NCBI GenBank assembly: GCA_004431415.1
Contig: QPMI01000184.1
Span: 62,001 to 126,000 of the forward strand
Direction: 5' to 3'
Origin: Cyanophora paradoxa CCMP329
Taxonomy: Eukaryota; Plantae; Glaucophyta
DNA: 64,000 nt
Shown here: positions 10,577 through 28,192 of the stretch, piece by piece
Position numbering within the stretch: the stretch's first letter is position 1
Layout of the letters: the number at the start of each line of letters is the position of its first letter
Program-made: the position numbers and the translations under genes
The notes under the pieces: model-generated
What the model was told of the DNA's origin: nothing
The model's database searches: none
Seen by the model: the letters and a program-made list of their open reading frames with translations, nothing else

Positions 10577-12842
10577 CTACAGGCGCCACTCGCGGGACGC
10601 GCACTTGGCGTCGGCGTCCTCCCACCAGGTCGTCTCCTGCGCGGCCGGCGTGCCCGATGAGAGGAGAGGGCCATCCGAGGCGGCGGCGGCGGCGGTGGCG
10701 GCGGCGGCGGGGGCGGGGATCGAGGGGCGGGTTGGACCTTGACGCCCTCGCGCATCTTGGAGATGAAGCCCGCCAGCCCGCCCTTCTCCACCTGCGCTTG
10801 CCCCGCGCCCCCCATCAGCCTCCGCCGGCCCCCGGGGCGGCGCGGGGCGGGGCGGGGCAGGGCAGGGCGCACGGCGGTGGCCTTCTCCTTGCTCTCGAAG
10901 TCGCCGATGCCGAGGTGCTCCTGGGGTACCAGCGCTTAGCGCAGGGGGGTTGGAGGGTGGGGGTACCGCGCCTGGACGAGGCGCTTGACGACGCCGAGGT
11001 TGGGCCGCTCCGGCAGCTCGCTCACCAGCGCCGGCGTCGCCCTGCGCCCGCCCCCTCCATCAGCCGCCGGCGGCCAGGGCGGGGGGCGCGGGGGGAAGGG
11101 GGCGCACGTCTTGTTGTCAGCCAGCACCTGCCAGCCCCCGGGGAAGCAGCGGAAGAGGAACCCGCCGTAGTTCAGCACCTGGCGGTGGGGGTACACTCGT
11201 CACGAGCAGGGGGGGGGGGACGCGGCCGCGGCGCGCGCACGTAGGGAGGCTTGAAGGTGGACCGAGAGTAGCTGGACGGGGGAAGGGAGGGGGGATCAGG
11301 TCCCGCGGGAGGGGGTACAGGGAGCGCGGCGGTCGTACCCCCGGTAGCGGAGGTAGTAGACGGCGCGGAACTTGGAGAGGAAACGGTACCTGCACGGACT
11401 CGAACCCAGGCGCGGGGATCGAGGGGGGGGGGGTACGGGGCGCACTGCATGTCCTTCGAGGGGAAGAAGGGGAGTCCGAGGTCGCCCTGGGGGGTACGCG
11501 CTCGACCGGGCGCAGAGGCAGGGGGAGCGGAGGCCCGGGAAAGGAGAGGGGTGGGGGCGGAGGGCACCTTCAGGGTCTCGAGCTTCAGGTTGAAGAGGAC
11601 CACGGGCCGTCCCGCGGTCTGCGGGGGAAGCCGCATCGGCCGGGGTACCGTGCGCGAACGGGGAGGGGTACGCACGCGCTCGTTGACGAAGCGCTCAACG
11701 TCGGGGAGCTCCTGGCAGCTGGCGGTCTGGAGGCGGGTGCTGAGCGAGGAAGGGGGGGGCAGGGAGGGACGCGAGGAAGGGGGCACCATGATGAAATAGA
11801 TGGCGTCGTCGGTCTCGGCGGAGAGTTTGAAAGTGCCCCTCTGAGAGTCGAACCCATCCGTGAGGGCCGCAAGCTCAACGTTCGGCTGGGGCCGGTCGCC
11901 CACGCTGCGGGGTGCGGCGTTAGGCGGATGAGGTAAGGGGGGGTGCGCAATCGGGTGATGAGGGGCTCACACATCGGCCGCGCGGTTCTTCTCGGCCTGC
12001 AGCACGGTCGTCAGGGGTACAGACCCGCAGGCGCGGCACGTGCGCAGGCACCCGCACCTCATCGGGGTACACGATCTTGATCGTGCCGTCCAGCTTGAGC
12101 TGCTTGGCGATGGAGACGGCGTGCGCCACAGTCGCGTCGGCGACCTGTCGGCGGCGGCGGGCGCCCCGTCAGCCGCCGGCCCGCACGTGCGGGAGCCCAC
12201 GGGGGGGCGGGCGCGGGGCGCGGGGCGCGGGGCGCGGGGCGACTCCTGGAAAGCGGCACGCACCTGGTAGGATGAGGAGGAGGTCGAGTCGAGGATGCGC
12301 TGCGGGAGCGGCCTGCGCCGGAAAGTCCGCGGTCAGATCTGCAGGGCGGCTGAAGGGGGATTCCGCGGCGAGTGCGACGCACGGAAACTCCACTTCCATG
12401 TAGGTCACGCCCTCTTTGAGCGCCGCGCCGACGGCGCTCGCGATTTGGCTGCAGACTGTCGAGGGTCGCGCAGTGTCAGCCCCGCCTGCAGCCGCCGAGA
12501 GCAGCAAGGGCCGGTAAGGCAAAAACTCAGCGGCGCACTCTCATTGAAGTCGATGGGGAAAGGAACGGAGCCCGTGCGCGGCTCTGAAGCGCTGGCCTCC
12601 TGTGCGCCGGCCTTGCAGAACACGACGGACGGCGACCGGAGAGAAGGAACCGAAGCGCTATGTGCGTTGTAAACTGCTGCACCGTGGAAGCTGCGCCTCG
12701 CCAGCCGCAGCGCTGAGGACGTCCCGGGTGCGCGCGCGATCCGGCTGGGTCCCGCCGCTGGCCTCCTGCACACCGCCGTAGACTGCGAAAGCGATGCAGA
12801 GGCGGAAGCCGACGCCGGCAGGGCTCCCGACACGAAGGCCAT
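10577..12842 (-). CDS. LPA3: Low PSII accumulation 3 (DUF1995), plastid-targeted, multi-exon
   Basis: MAFVSG transit peptide; YMEVEFP, KIVYPDE, GRPVVLFNLKLETLKGDLGLPFFPSKD, VLNYGGFLFRCFPGGWQVL, C-terminal TTWWEDADAKCASREWRL*. Confidence 0.88.
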
Positions 12843-12884
12843 GATTCGATGTTTTTCTGGCGGGTACAGCGCTAGCAGGAGCAA

Positions 12885-15285
12885 ATGCCGCCCTCCGCCA
12901 GGTTGGCCCTGCTGCTGCTGGCCCTTGCGGGACTGGCGCTCTCCCAGCCAACTTTGCAAGACGGTGCGCCGCCGTCCGGGAGCTCGCGCGCGCCTGGCGA
13001 GCCAGAACTGCAGGCGCCGTGAGCACGCTCATCGGAGGAGGCAAAGCGGGCAACGCCGATGGAGACCGCACCGTGGCGGCGTTTGCGGGTGAGCAAGCCA
13101 CTCGCCAGCGCGCCCAGCCGGCCGTGGCTAACTTTGAGGGCGTCGCAGGGCCGGTGCGCAGGGCGTTGGCCTGGCAGGCGGCCGCCTGGCAGGCATTCCG
13201 CACGTCTAAACCGGGGCGCAGGGAAGCCTGTCGGTAGTCTACAGGTCCGACTCCAGCCCGCTGCTTCTCCTCACGGACCAGGTGTGTCCTCGCTGCTGTC
13301 CTCGCTGCCGCCCACCGCACTCGCCAACTAAATCCTATCGCAGAACAACGCCGTGCTGCGGCTGATCGACGTGAGAGGACGTGCGTGCGGCTCCGCAGGT
13401 CACCGCGGCCCATCTAACGCCCACCCGCCCCAGAAAACGTCACCACGGTCGCCGGCACGGGTGCGCAGCCGCTGCAGCGGGGCGCGCACGCGCTAACCGA
13501 CGCGGGTGACGGCGTACAGGCCAGTCGGGCTTCAAGAACGACTGGAAGCTGGACAAGGTGACGGGCGCGCGGGTGGCGGACCCCGGCACGGCGATGTTCT
13601 ACGCGCTCTTCGGCGTCGTGACGGACTCGGCGACGAGCCCGAAGACCGTTTACGTGGCGGACCGGTACAACAACCGCATCCGCTCCGTCGTCTACTCCGG
13701 CGCGCCCGTGCAGCCGCCCCTCGCCCCGCCCCTCGCGCCGCCCCTCGCGCCGCTCCTCACGCCGCACCGCAGAGGACCTCTCGTCCAAGTGGTACACTGA
13801 CACGATCGGTCCGGCCCGCGCCGCGCCCGAACCCCGTGCCCCCGCCCACGCCCGGGGCGCGCCGCAGCCGGCACGGGGGAGCAGGACTACCTCGACGACG
13901 ACCAGGGCGACCGGTCCAAGTTCAACTACCCGGTGCCCACCGCGCCTCGGCTCTCGGCGGGCCTCTCTTGAACGCGGAGCCCCCAGGTGGCGCTGGAGTA
14001 CGACGCGTCGGCGAAGCTGCTGTACGTGAGCGACGCCCTCAACCACGTCGTCCGCGCCGTCGACTGCTCCCGCGTCACGCCCTGTGCGCCCCGCGCGCTG
14101 CACCCCCCCTGGGGCCGCCTCACGCGCCGCGCGCGCAGACAAGGTGACGACCGTCGCGGGGACCTCGGGCACCTCGGGCTTCGTCGACGGGCCCGCCAGC
14201 TCCGCCCTTGTCCGCGCCCTCCCCGCCCCCCTCTTTCCCTGGCCTTCCGCCCGTTCACCCTCCGCGTACCCCCGCAGTTCAACTTCCCCTACGGCCTCGC
14301 CCTGGACAGCGGCGCCCAGGTGCCCCGCGCCCCTCGCAGATCCCCCACCCCGTCCGAATCCTCCCCCCCTCAGATCCTCTACGTCTCCGACTTCGAGAAC
14401 AACGCCATCCGCTACATCAGGCTCGGAAGTGCGCCCCCTGGGATTCGAGCCCGCGCCCTGTCGGGCCGACTCCGCGCCGGCAGCGAGCCCCGCGACGGTC
14501 GGCACTCTCGCGGGGCAGGCCGGCAAGAGCGGTGCGGGGGGCGGGGCGCCGGGGGGCCTCCCTCGGGGCGGCCCCGACGCGCCTCGGGGCCGGCGCAGGC
14601 TGGTCGGACGGCAAGCTGGGCGTCAGCGTCCTCAACCACCCCGTCGGTGCGCCCGGCCCGGCCCCTTCTCTGTACCCCCCCCCCCCCGATCCCGATGGGG
14701 CAGGCGTGCGGCTGGACCCGCGGGCCTCCTCGGCGGGCCCCGTGCTCTACTTCTCCGAGGCCTACGGCCACCGCGTCCGCTTCGTCTACGGCCTCGGCTC
14801 CCCCCAGGAGGGCGCGCCTCGCGCCAGCCCCCCGAACGCCCCAACAAGCTTCCTCTGAGCGGCATCCCGCCCGCAGGCACCGTGGCGACCCTGTCCGGCA
14901 ACGGGACGCAGGCACGCGCTTCGGTCGCCCGCTGGCGCCTCTTCCGCCGGGGCTGACTGGCGGGGCAGGGTCAGGACGACGGGGTGCGGGACAAGGCGAC
15001 GTTCAGCTTCCCGCTGGGGATCGCCGTGGAGGCCTCGGGCCCCACCGCCTTCCTCTACGTCGCCGACCGCCAGGTCCCCGCGCCCCCCGCTCGCCCGCGC
15101 GCGCTGCGGCCCGCCCCGCCCGACCCCGCGCCGCGGCGCGCAGAACAACGCGGTGCGCTCCGTAGTGCTGCCCCCCGTGTCGAGCCTCCCGACGCCCTAC
15201 CCCCCCGTCTCGCGCGGCGCGCGGGCCCTCCCCTCCTCCTGCTCCCCTCCTCTCCCTCGCCGCCCTCCTCTACGCCCTCTGCTAG
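12885..15285 (+). CDS. Secreted NHL-repeat (beta-propeller) protein, multi-exon; possible GPI-type hydrophobic tail
   Basis: Signal peptide MPPSARLALLLLALAGLALSQ; repeats VYVADRYNNRIR, LYVSDALNHVVR, VTTVAGTSGTSGFVDG..FNFPYGLALD, LYVSDFENNAIR, FSFPLGIAV..LYVADRQNNAVR. The 3' end needs a 1-nt shift in a C-run. Confidence 0.78.
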
Positions 15286-15493
15286 TACCATTGCCTCTGC
15301 GCTGTGTAGGGAACAGAACGGCGCTCGTCGGACGGTGCTCGCGGCTTCGGCGTGCGGCGGCGTTCGACACGCGCAGGCGAACGGGATGCAGGGGCAGAGC
15401 GAAGAGCAGGGGGAAACGAGGGGGGGGGCGGGGGGGAGGGGGGGGGGTGGGGGCCTGTCCTATTGAAATCTGGGGCCGCGGCGGGCCGGCGCC

Positions 15494-18316
15494 TCACTTG
15501 ACGCCGGCGGGGAAGACGCGGCCGGAGGAGAAGTGGGGGGCCATGCCCGCGCTCAGCAGCGGCTTGACGTGCTCGTCGAGGTACGAGTCCACGTCTGGGG
15601 GGGGGGGGGGGGGGGCGGGCGGGGGCGGGCGCGCGGGGGGTACAGTGTCACTTGACGGCGGGCCGGCGTCGGGCGGGGCGTGGACGGGGCGGGCACCGTC
15701 GTGGGCGTTGACGGGGTTGGCGGCGAGGTGCGCGGAGGAGAAGATGGAGTTGCCGGTGACCTCGTCGAGCACCTGCGGGCCGCGGGCTCTCCGGGGGGCG
15801 CGGGGAGGGTGGAGGGGTGCGGCGGGGCGGGCGCACGGCGACGCCGGGGGGCAGCGTGATGACCTGCTCCCGGTGCTCGGCCTCGACGCGCAGCACCGTC
15901 ATCCCCTGCACGCCGGCCCCTCAGCGCCCGCCGCAGCGGAGCGCGCGGGGCGCCCCCGCCGACCTCGTGGGGCTCCACGAAGGTGTCCAGCACGAAGCTC
16001 TGCGTGTCGAACACGAAGCACGCCTGCTCGGCACCCCCGCGATCAGCCCCCGAGCGGGCCGCACCGGCGGGCGCCGACTCGCGGACCCGCCGCTTGTGGA
16101 CGGGGCGCATGTTCGGGTCGGCGGTCGCCAGCAGGTTCACGTAGCTGCGCGCGCCGCTCGGGAACGGCGGAAGAGCGCAGGGCGGGGCGGGCGCACTCTC
16201 GCCCGCTGATCTGCCGCTTGAGCTCGATCCGCTGCCCGTTCGCCATGGGGTACCGTACCTGCGGAAGTGTGAGCAGGTCCGAGGCCCCAGCAAAAATCAA
16301 GGGCGCGCACGGAGTGCATGTACGTGAAGGTGCCGTTCTGCCCCCTCCTCCGGACCTGCGCGCGCGCGGCCGGCCGTGGTCAGCGGGGGGCTCTCTCGGC
16401 TATGGAGAAGCCATCGATGGGGGTCGGTGAGGTACTGCACGGGTTTGCGCAGGAAGTGCGCACTGCACGAAGCAGACGAAGGGCGGGGCGGGGCGGGGGC
16501 TGGGACCTTGGCCTCGGTGCCGTCGGAGGTGCGGAGGAAGACCTCCTCCACGTCGAAGATCTCCACCCGGCTCACCGGCAGCTGAGAGGGGGGGAGAGGA
16601 GGGTGGGGGGACGGCGTCGGCTCCCATCGCCCGGATGCGACGCCGCGCGGGGCGCAGAGGGGCGGGAGGAGGGAGGACGGCAGCTGTGCCCGCGGCGAAC
16701 CTTGCCGAGGTCCTGGACGCTTATCGGCTTGATCAGGAACTTGCGCTGCGGCGCGCCCCGCCGGCTCAAAGCTGGAGGGGGGAAGCGGAAGAGACGACGG
16801 AGTTTGGGGTACCTGGACTTCGACGGGGATGGGGAGGCCAACGAGGGTCTTGATGGTGTCCACCACGCGTCGCATCTTGCCCTGTACCCGGCTCGGAAGG
16901 TGGAGGGGGAGGGGCAGGGGTGGCGGGCGGGGCGGGGCGGACGGGGAAGTCGGTGCCGTTGTCGATGATGCGGAGGTGGGGGTGCCCCAGCCACGCCTCC
17001 CGCAGGCGCAGGTCCACCTGCCTCGCTGCCCGTCCACCCCGCTCAGCGCGCCGCCTTGCGAAGGGGAGCAGGGAAGGGGGAAAAAGGAAGAGGGGTACCG
17101 AGCTCGAGGTCCTCGGAGCGGGCGGCGTTGTTCGAGAGCGTGTAGAATTGCTCGGCGCCTGCGACGGAAGATCAGAGGGGCGGGCCCCAGGAACCTGGAG
17201 GGGCAACCGCACCAAACGCCGAGGTCACGAGGTGGATTACGGCCTCGTACCGCCTGGTGATGGTGTGGCGCGTCGGGCGGGGAGGAAGGGGGGAAAGCAG
17301 GCGGAGGAAGGGGCGCCCGGGCGTGGCACCTGTCCCGGAGGGAGACGACGTTCCATCCTGCGGGGGAAGGGGATGGTCGGCGGGGGGTGGAGGGGAAGGC
17401 GAGGGGAGGGGGGGGCGCGGGGACACCGTTCTCGTCGAGCAGGGCGTTCCACATCGAGGTGGCCATGTACGCGCTCCCGTCCATCACCCCGCTGCCGCAG
17501 ACCGGTTCGAGGCGTCCGCGGGTACAGCGAAGAGGGCGGGGCCGCGGGGGCACCGGTCGGCGATGATGATCGAGGGCTGCCCCGTGCTCTTCGCGAGGTC
17601 GAAGAACGCGTCCTCGAGGCCCATCTGCACCCGCAGCAGCGCGCCCTGCGCGCACGCCGATCGAGGGCTGAGTCAAAACGGGGGCACGCGCCGGGCGGGG
17701 GAGGGCCCGGGCGCGCCTGGAAGCGGATGATCTGGTCCGGGGTGAGGTTGCCGAGCTTGGCGCCGCCGGTCAGGAGGAGCGTGGCCGCCTCGGGTACGAG
17801 GAACACCCGGAAACCGAGCTCCTCCAGCCTCTCCGACACGCTCGCCAGGGCCTGCCCGCGGCGATCGGGCGCCCGCTCCGAGGCGGCAGACGGGGCCCGG
17901 CGGGGGGCGCGGGGCGCACCGTCGTCTTTCCGGCGCAGGGGCCGCCCGTGAGGACGATTCGAAAGACGGGAGCCTCCTGTGCGCCCCCGCCGATCACCTG
18001 GGCGCGAGGCCGCTCGGTTGGCGCCCGCGCATCATTCGAGCGGCGGCCGAGGGACGGCGCGGCCGCGCACCGACACGGGCCTCAGTGCGGGCTCGACGTG
18101 ATGGCTGTTGCCTCTTTTCGATGACTCCGCGTGCGCCCGGGCCCGGTCCGTGAAATGCCAGACGGCGGCCAGCGCTGCGAGCCGATCAGATTCGAGGCTC
18201 GGCGGCGGGTCTGAGGGCGTCGTCACCTCCCGCCGAGCTAAGAATGAGCACCGTGTTGTAAGAGAAGCCAGCATCTTCCCGTGCGTGCCCCCAGCCGCCG
18301 CCGCGGGCGCGCTCAT
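15494..18316 (-). CDS. TRPL translocation defect protein 14-like (AAA_28 P-loop plus CYTH domain), multi-exon; start uncertain
   Basis: FRIVLTGGPCAGKTT, VFLVPEAATLLL, IIIADRGVMDGSAY, YEAVIHLVTSA..AEQFYTLENNAARSE, AWLGHPHLRIIDN, RKFL, VRRRGQNGTFTY, IELKRQISGRE. Confidence 0.82.
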
Positions 18317-18587
18317 AATCCGACGCCGAGAGGGCGCCCCGGTGGTTGCGCGCTGGCGAGAACGGGGCCGAATTAGCCGCGCTTGAAGCGATATCGCCTC
18401 GTTCGAGGCTTGGTGGCCGGCGAGGCGGCAGCGCGGGGTAGATCTGCGCGCGGGCACCTCGAGCGAGCCCACCGAGCCCGCCGCTCGCTCTATCGTGAAC
18501 TGTCCGGCCCAGCGCTGCCGCGGCGCGGGAGACTGCGCGTGCCCACATCTTGCCCTGAAACACGCGTACCCCCAAAGGCCAGCAGCG

Positions 18588-22600
<4,013 letters not shown>

Positions 22601-22790
22601 CCGCTCCGTCCCCCCGCCCCACCCACCCCAGCCCCCCAGTCGTTTATTCCAATCCTGAGCAAGAGAACCGGAAACTCTCGTCTGCGCGCGCGCGCGCTCC
22701 CCGCCGGCCGGCTCACTCCGAGCGCACTCGTCTTCTGTACAGAGGGGGACGGGGGCGCGGGGAGGGGAAAGGGAGGCGGGGGCGGCCCCG

Positions 22791-24756
<1,966 letters not shown>

Positions 24757-24822
24757 TTTTTTTGCTGCTACGTTCGCACTGAGCGACCGTGACGGGTACG
24801 CGTCCGAAGAGACAGTTGCACG

Positions 24823-27784
24823 ATGCCAGCGCCGACGACCAGGCCGGGCTCCGCGATGGGAACCACTTCGGACGGTCTCCCTGATTTAGAAAGGTGCGCG
24901 CTGCTCGCCCGGCGAAGCTCCGACGGCCGCCTCACACGCGGCAGGCTCGGCACCGCGCTGGGCTCCGGGGCGTTTCGTCAGCTGATTCAAGCGCGGGACA
25001 AGGAGATCGCCGACCTTCACGAGGCCCTGAGGCAGCAAGAAGAGGCGGCTGAACAGCGTCTCGCGGCAGCAGAACACGAGGTAGGCGGCCAGCGCGGATT
25101 CCTTTTGTTTCTTTTACCGCTTCTCGAGAATATCTTAGCTAAGCACTTAGCTAACGTGGCCGGACGCACGCCGCCTCACGCGCGTTTCGTAGCCCGCCGC
25201 CGAGCCGGCAAGGCCGCCCCGCTGACCTGGCGCGCGTGCCCCAGATGGAGCTCTTGCACAGGAAGTATGTGGAGCTGGAGAACACGGCGAAGCTCGCCAA
25301 CAGCCCGCAGCTGGCCGAGCAACAGGCACAGCAGGCGCAGCAGCTGGCGTCCCAGCAGCAGCAAGTCCTCCAGCAGGCGCAGCTGATCGACCAGCTGCAA
25401 AGGAGACTGTCGGAGGCGGAGCTGCGCAACGAGGCCCTTCGGCAAGAGGCGCAGCAGGCAGCGAGCCGCGCGGCCATCGCGGCGGCGGCGGCAGAGACCA
25501 AGGTCGTCTACGGTTCGCCACAGGGCCCCTCCTTTTCCCTTCTCGCCACTGACGCGTCTTCTTCGTGTTGTTTCCGTATCCTCTTTCGCGAGCAGACCAG
25601 GTCTCAGGTGCGGCGTGCCGGCGCTTCTTGTCGTCCCTGCCCCCCTGCCGACGCCGCCGGGCCGCAGGACTTGGCGTGTTCAAGAAGCTGCTGGAGAACA
25701 AGGAGCGGCAAGTGAAGGAGGTGCGCAGCGGCGCCGGGGGCACGCCCGGACCTCGATCTTTACAGGGACCCGGCCGGCACCCCGCAGCTCCAGGACGAGC
25801 GGCTGCAGCTGGAGCGGGAGAGGACGCAGCTGCTCGAGCAGATACGGTCGCTGGAGCGGAGCGGCGGCATCACGGACGTCGCCGAGGCCGCCGCGCAGGT
25901 GGGCGGCGCCCCCCCGCCGCCCCCCGCCCCCTCCGACGCCCCCGCGCAGCTGCACACGCTGCGGGACAAGTACATAGCGCTCTCGCACGAGAACAGCGAC
26001 CTGCGCGACCGCTTCCGCGAGGCCGAGGAGGTGCGGGGCCCCCGCTGCGGCCGGCGCCGGGCCGGCGCCGACGCGGGGGGCCGGCAGGTGCTGCGGCAGA
26101 AGGAGGCGCTCCTCCAGCAGATGAGCGGCAACCTGCGGCAGAAGTCCCAGCAGGTGGCCCCCCGCGGACGCCCCCCCGCCTCCTCTCCTGACGGGGCGCG
26201 CTTGGGGCAGGTGGGGGACATGACGCGGGAGATACGGGACCTCGACCTGCGCTGCGAGAACTTCCTCAAGCAGGCGAGCGCCCCCGCGCCCTCCGTCCTG
26301 GCCCGGCCCGCCCCGCGCTGATCGGGGCGGGGGCAGCTGGGGGAGGCGAAGGAGGACCTGCGGGCGGCGGACGCGGAGATCCGCGCCTGCCGCGAGGAGA
26401 TCCGCGCCCGCGACGAGGAGGTCCGCCCCGCCCCGCCCCGCCCCGCTCCGCTCCGAGCCCCGCCCCGCCCCCGACGCGCGCCCCGGGCCCGCAGATCGGG
26501 TCGCTGAGGAGGGCGGGGGCGGGGGGCCGGGGGCGCCGCCGGAGCCGGCGCGGCGGTCGGGGGAGGAGGCGTACCTGCAGTCGGAGGTGGAGCGGCTGGC
26601 GGGGCGCGTGCGGGAGGTCGAGGCCGAGCGCGACGCCATGCGCAAGGTCGCCGAGGCCGCCCGGCGCGCGCACGGCGCCCCCGGCGGGGGCCCCGGGGGC
26701 GGCCTCGTGCCCTCGGTGCCGCACCAGCTGGCGCCCTCGACGGCGACGGCGCCGATCGTGGGGAACGGGCGGAACTCGCTGCTGGTGACCCCGCCGTACG
26801 CGAGCGCGCTGAACATCTTCGGGGAGCACTACATGGGCTGCTGCGTCGCCGTCACGGGCTCCCACAAGGAGGTCGGCTACCTCGTCCTCACCGGCAGTGG
26901 CTCCTACGAGGGCGAGTGCTGGATCCAGTGGTACCGCTCCCTCAACGGCTCCAGCTTCGCCCCCATCGAGGGGGCCGTGAACCCCTCCTACCTCCCCACC
27001 GCCGACGACGTCGGCTGCGTCCTCCGCCTCGAGTGCACCCCCGTCGGCGTCAGCGGCGGCCGGGGCCAGGCCTTCAGCGCCGACACCACACGCATCGCCC
27101 TCGACGGGTCCCCGCCGGCCCCTCCCCCTTACCCCTCTCCCACAGCCTCACCGCGCGGGCAGGCACATGGACAAGCTGGTCCGGAACTACATGAAGCAGG
27201 GGCGGGCGCAGCTGACGGCGCGCCGCCTCCCCGCGGGCCCCGCTTCCTCCCCCTCCCCGCCTGACGGGCCCGGCGAGCAGGTGATGCTCACGGGGGACGT
27301 CCCGGACGAGCAGCGGACCCTCCTCCTCGACAAGTCCGGCATCGTCATCATGAACAAGGCCCGCCCCGTTGCCTGCCCCCGATGGGGGGGCCCTGCGCCC
27401 CCGCCCGCGCCCCCCGCTGAGCCTCGTGCACCCCCGCAGATGGACGGGACGGAGGTGTCGCACCCGTACTCGCCGAGCATGGGGGTGGAGCTGCACCCCT
27501 GGCCCCACATGACGTTCACGCTGCGCGCGGACGGCTCGACGGCGTACCTGCTGCGGACGACGACGAGCCTGGAGCGGGACCTCTGCGCCCACGCCATCCG
27601 CCAGTTCATATCGCTCATGCGCGAGCGCGCGGCGCCCCTCTCCGCCTCCCTCAGCACCGCCGGCGCCATCGGCGTCGACTACATGCGGCCCGCCTCTGCC
27701 ATGGCGGCGCCCAGGCTCGGCCCCGGCGCCGGCCCCGCCCCCAGCGCGCAGCGCGGAGCGGCCACCAAGTTCAGGGTCACGTGA
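24823..27784 (+). CDS. Coiled-coil + Ig-like + PH-like protein resembling plant SCAB1 actin-binding proteins; start 24823 or 24856
   Basis: Long Q/E/L-rich coiled-coil exons, then IQWYRS...IEGAVNPSYLPTADDVGCVLRLEC (Ig; AIR9/SCAB type) and a PH-like C-terminus ending ERDLCAHAIRQF. Confidence 0.65.
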
Positions 27785-28192
27785 GCGCTAGGCATGCACA
27801 GCAGCAGGCAGGCAGGCAGGCAGGCAGGCAGGGGTCAGTCAATTTTATGATAGAGACCTGAGCTGGGAGCCGAGCCTCTACGCCACTAGTACTTACCGGC
27901 GCGGGCAGCTGCAGACTGCAGTGTCGCGCCCGGGGCACCATGGGCCGAAGGCTGGGTTGGAGGGGTACGCGTCGAGGGCACTTCGAATTCAGCGCAGCGC
28001 GAATTTTCCCGCGGCCGTGCGCATGCTCAGGCCGCAGGGGGCCGGAGATCAGCACGTGTACTCACCTTGCCCGTGCTCCGAGTGCCGATTTCTTCGACCG
28101 TCGGCGCTGCATTTTGGAGCTCGCGCCGCGCCCGCCGCAGATGGCGACGCGGCATTTCTACCTACGAAGCGAGTAGTGCGATCTATCAGGAA

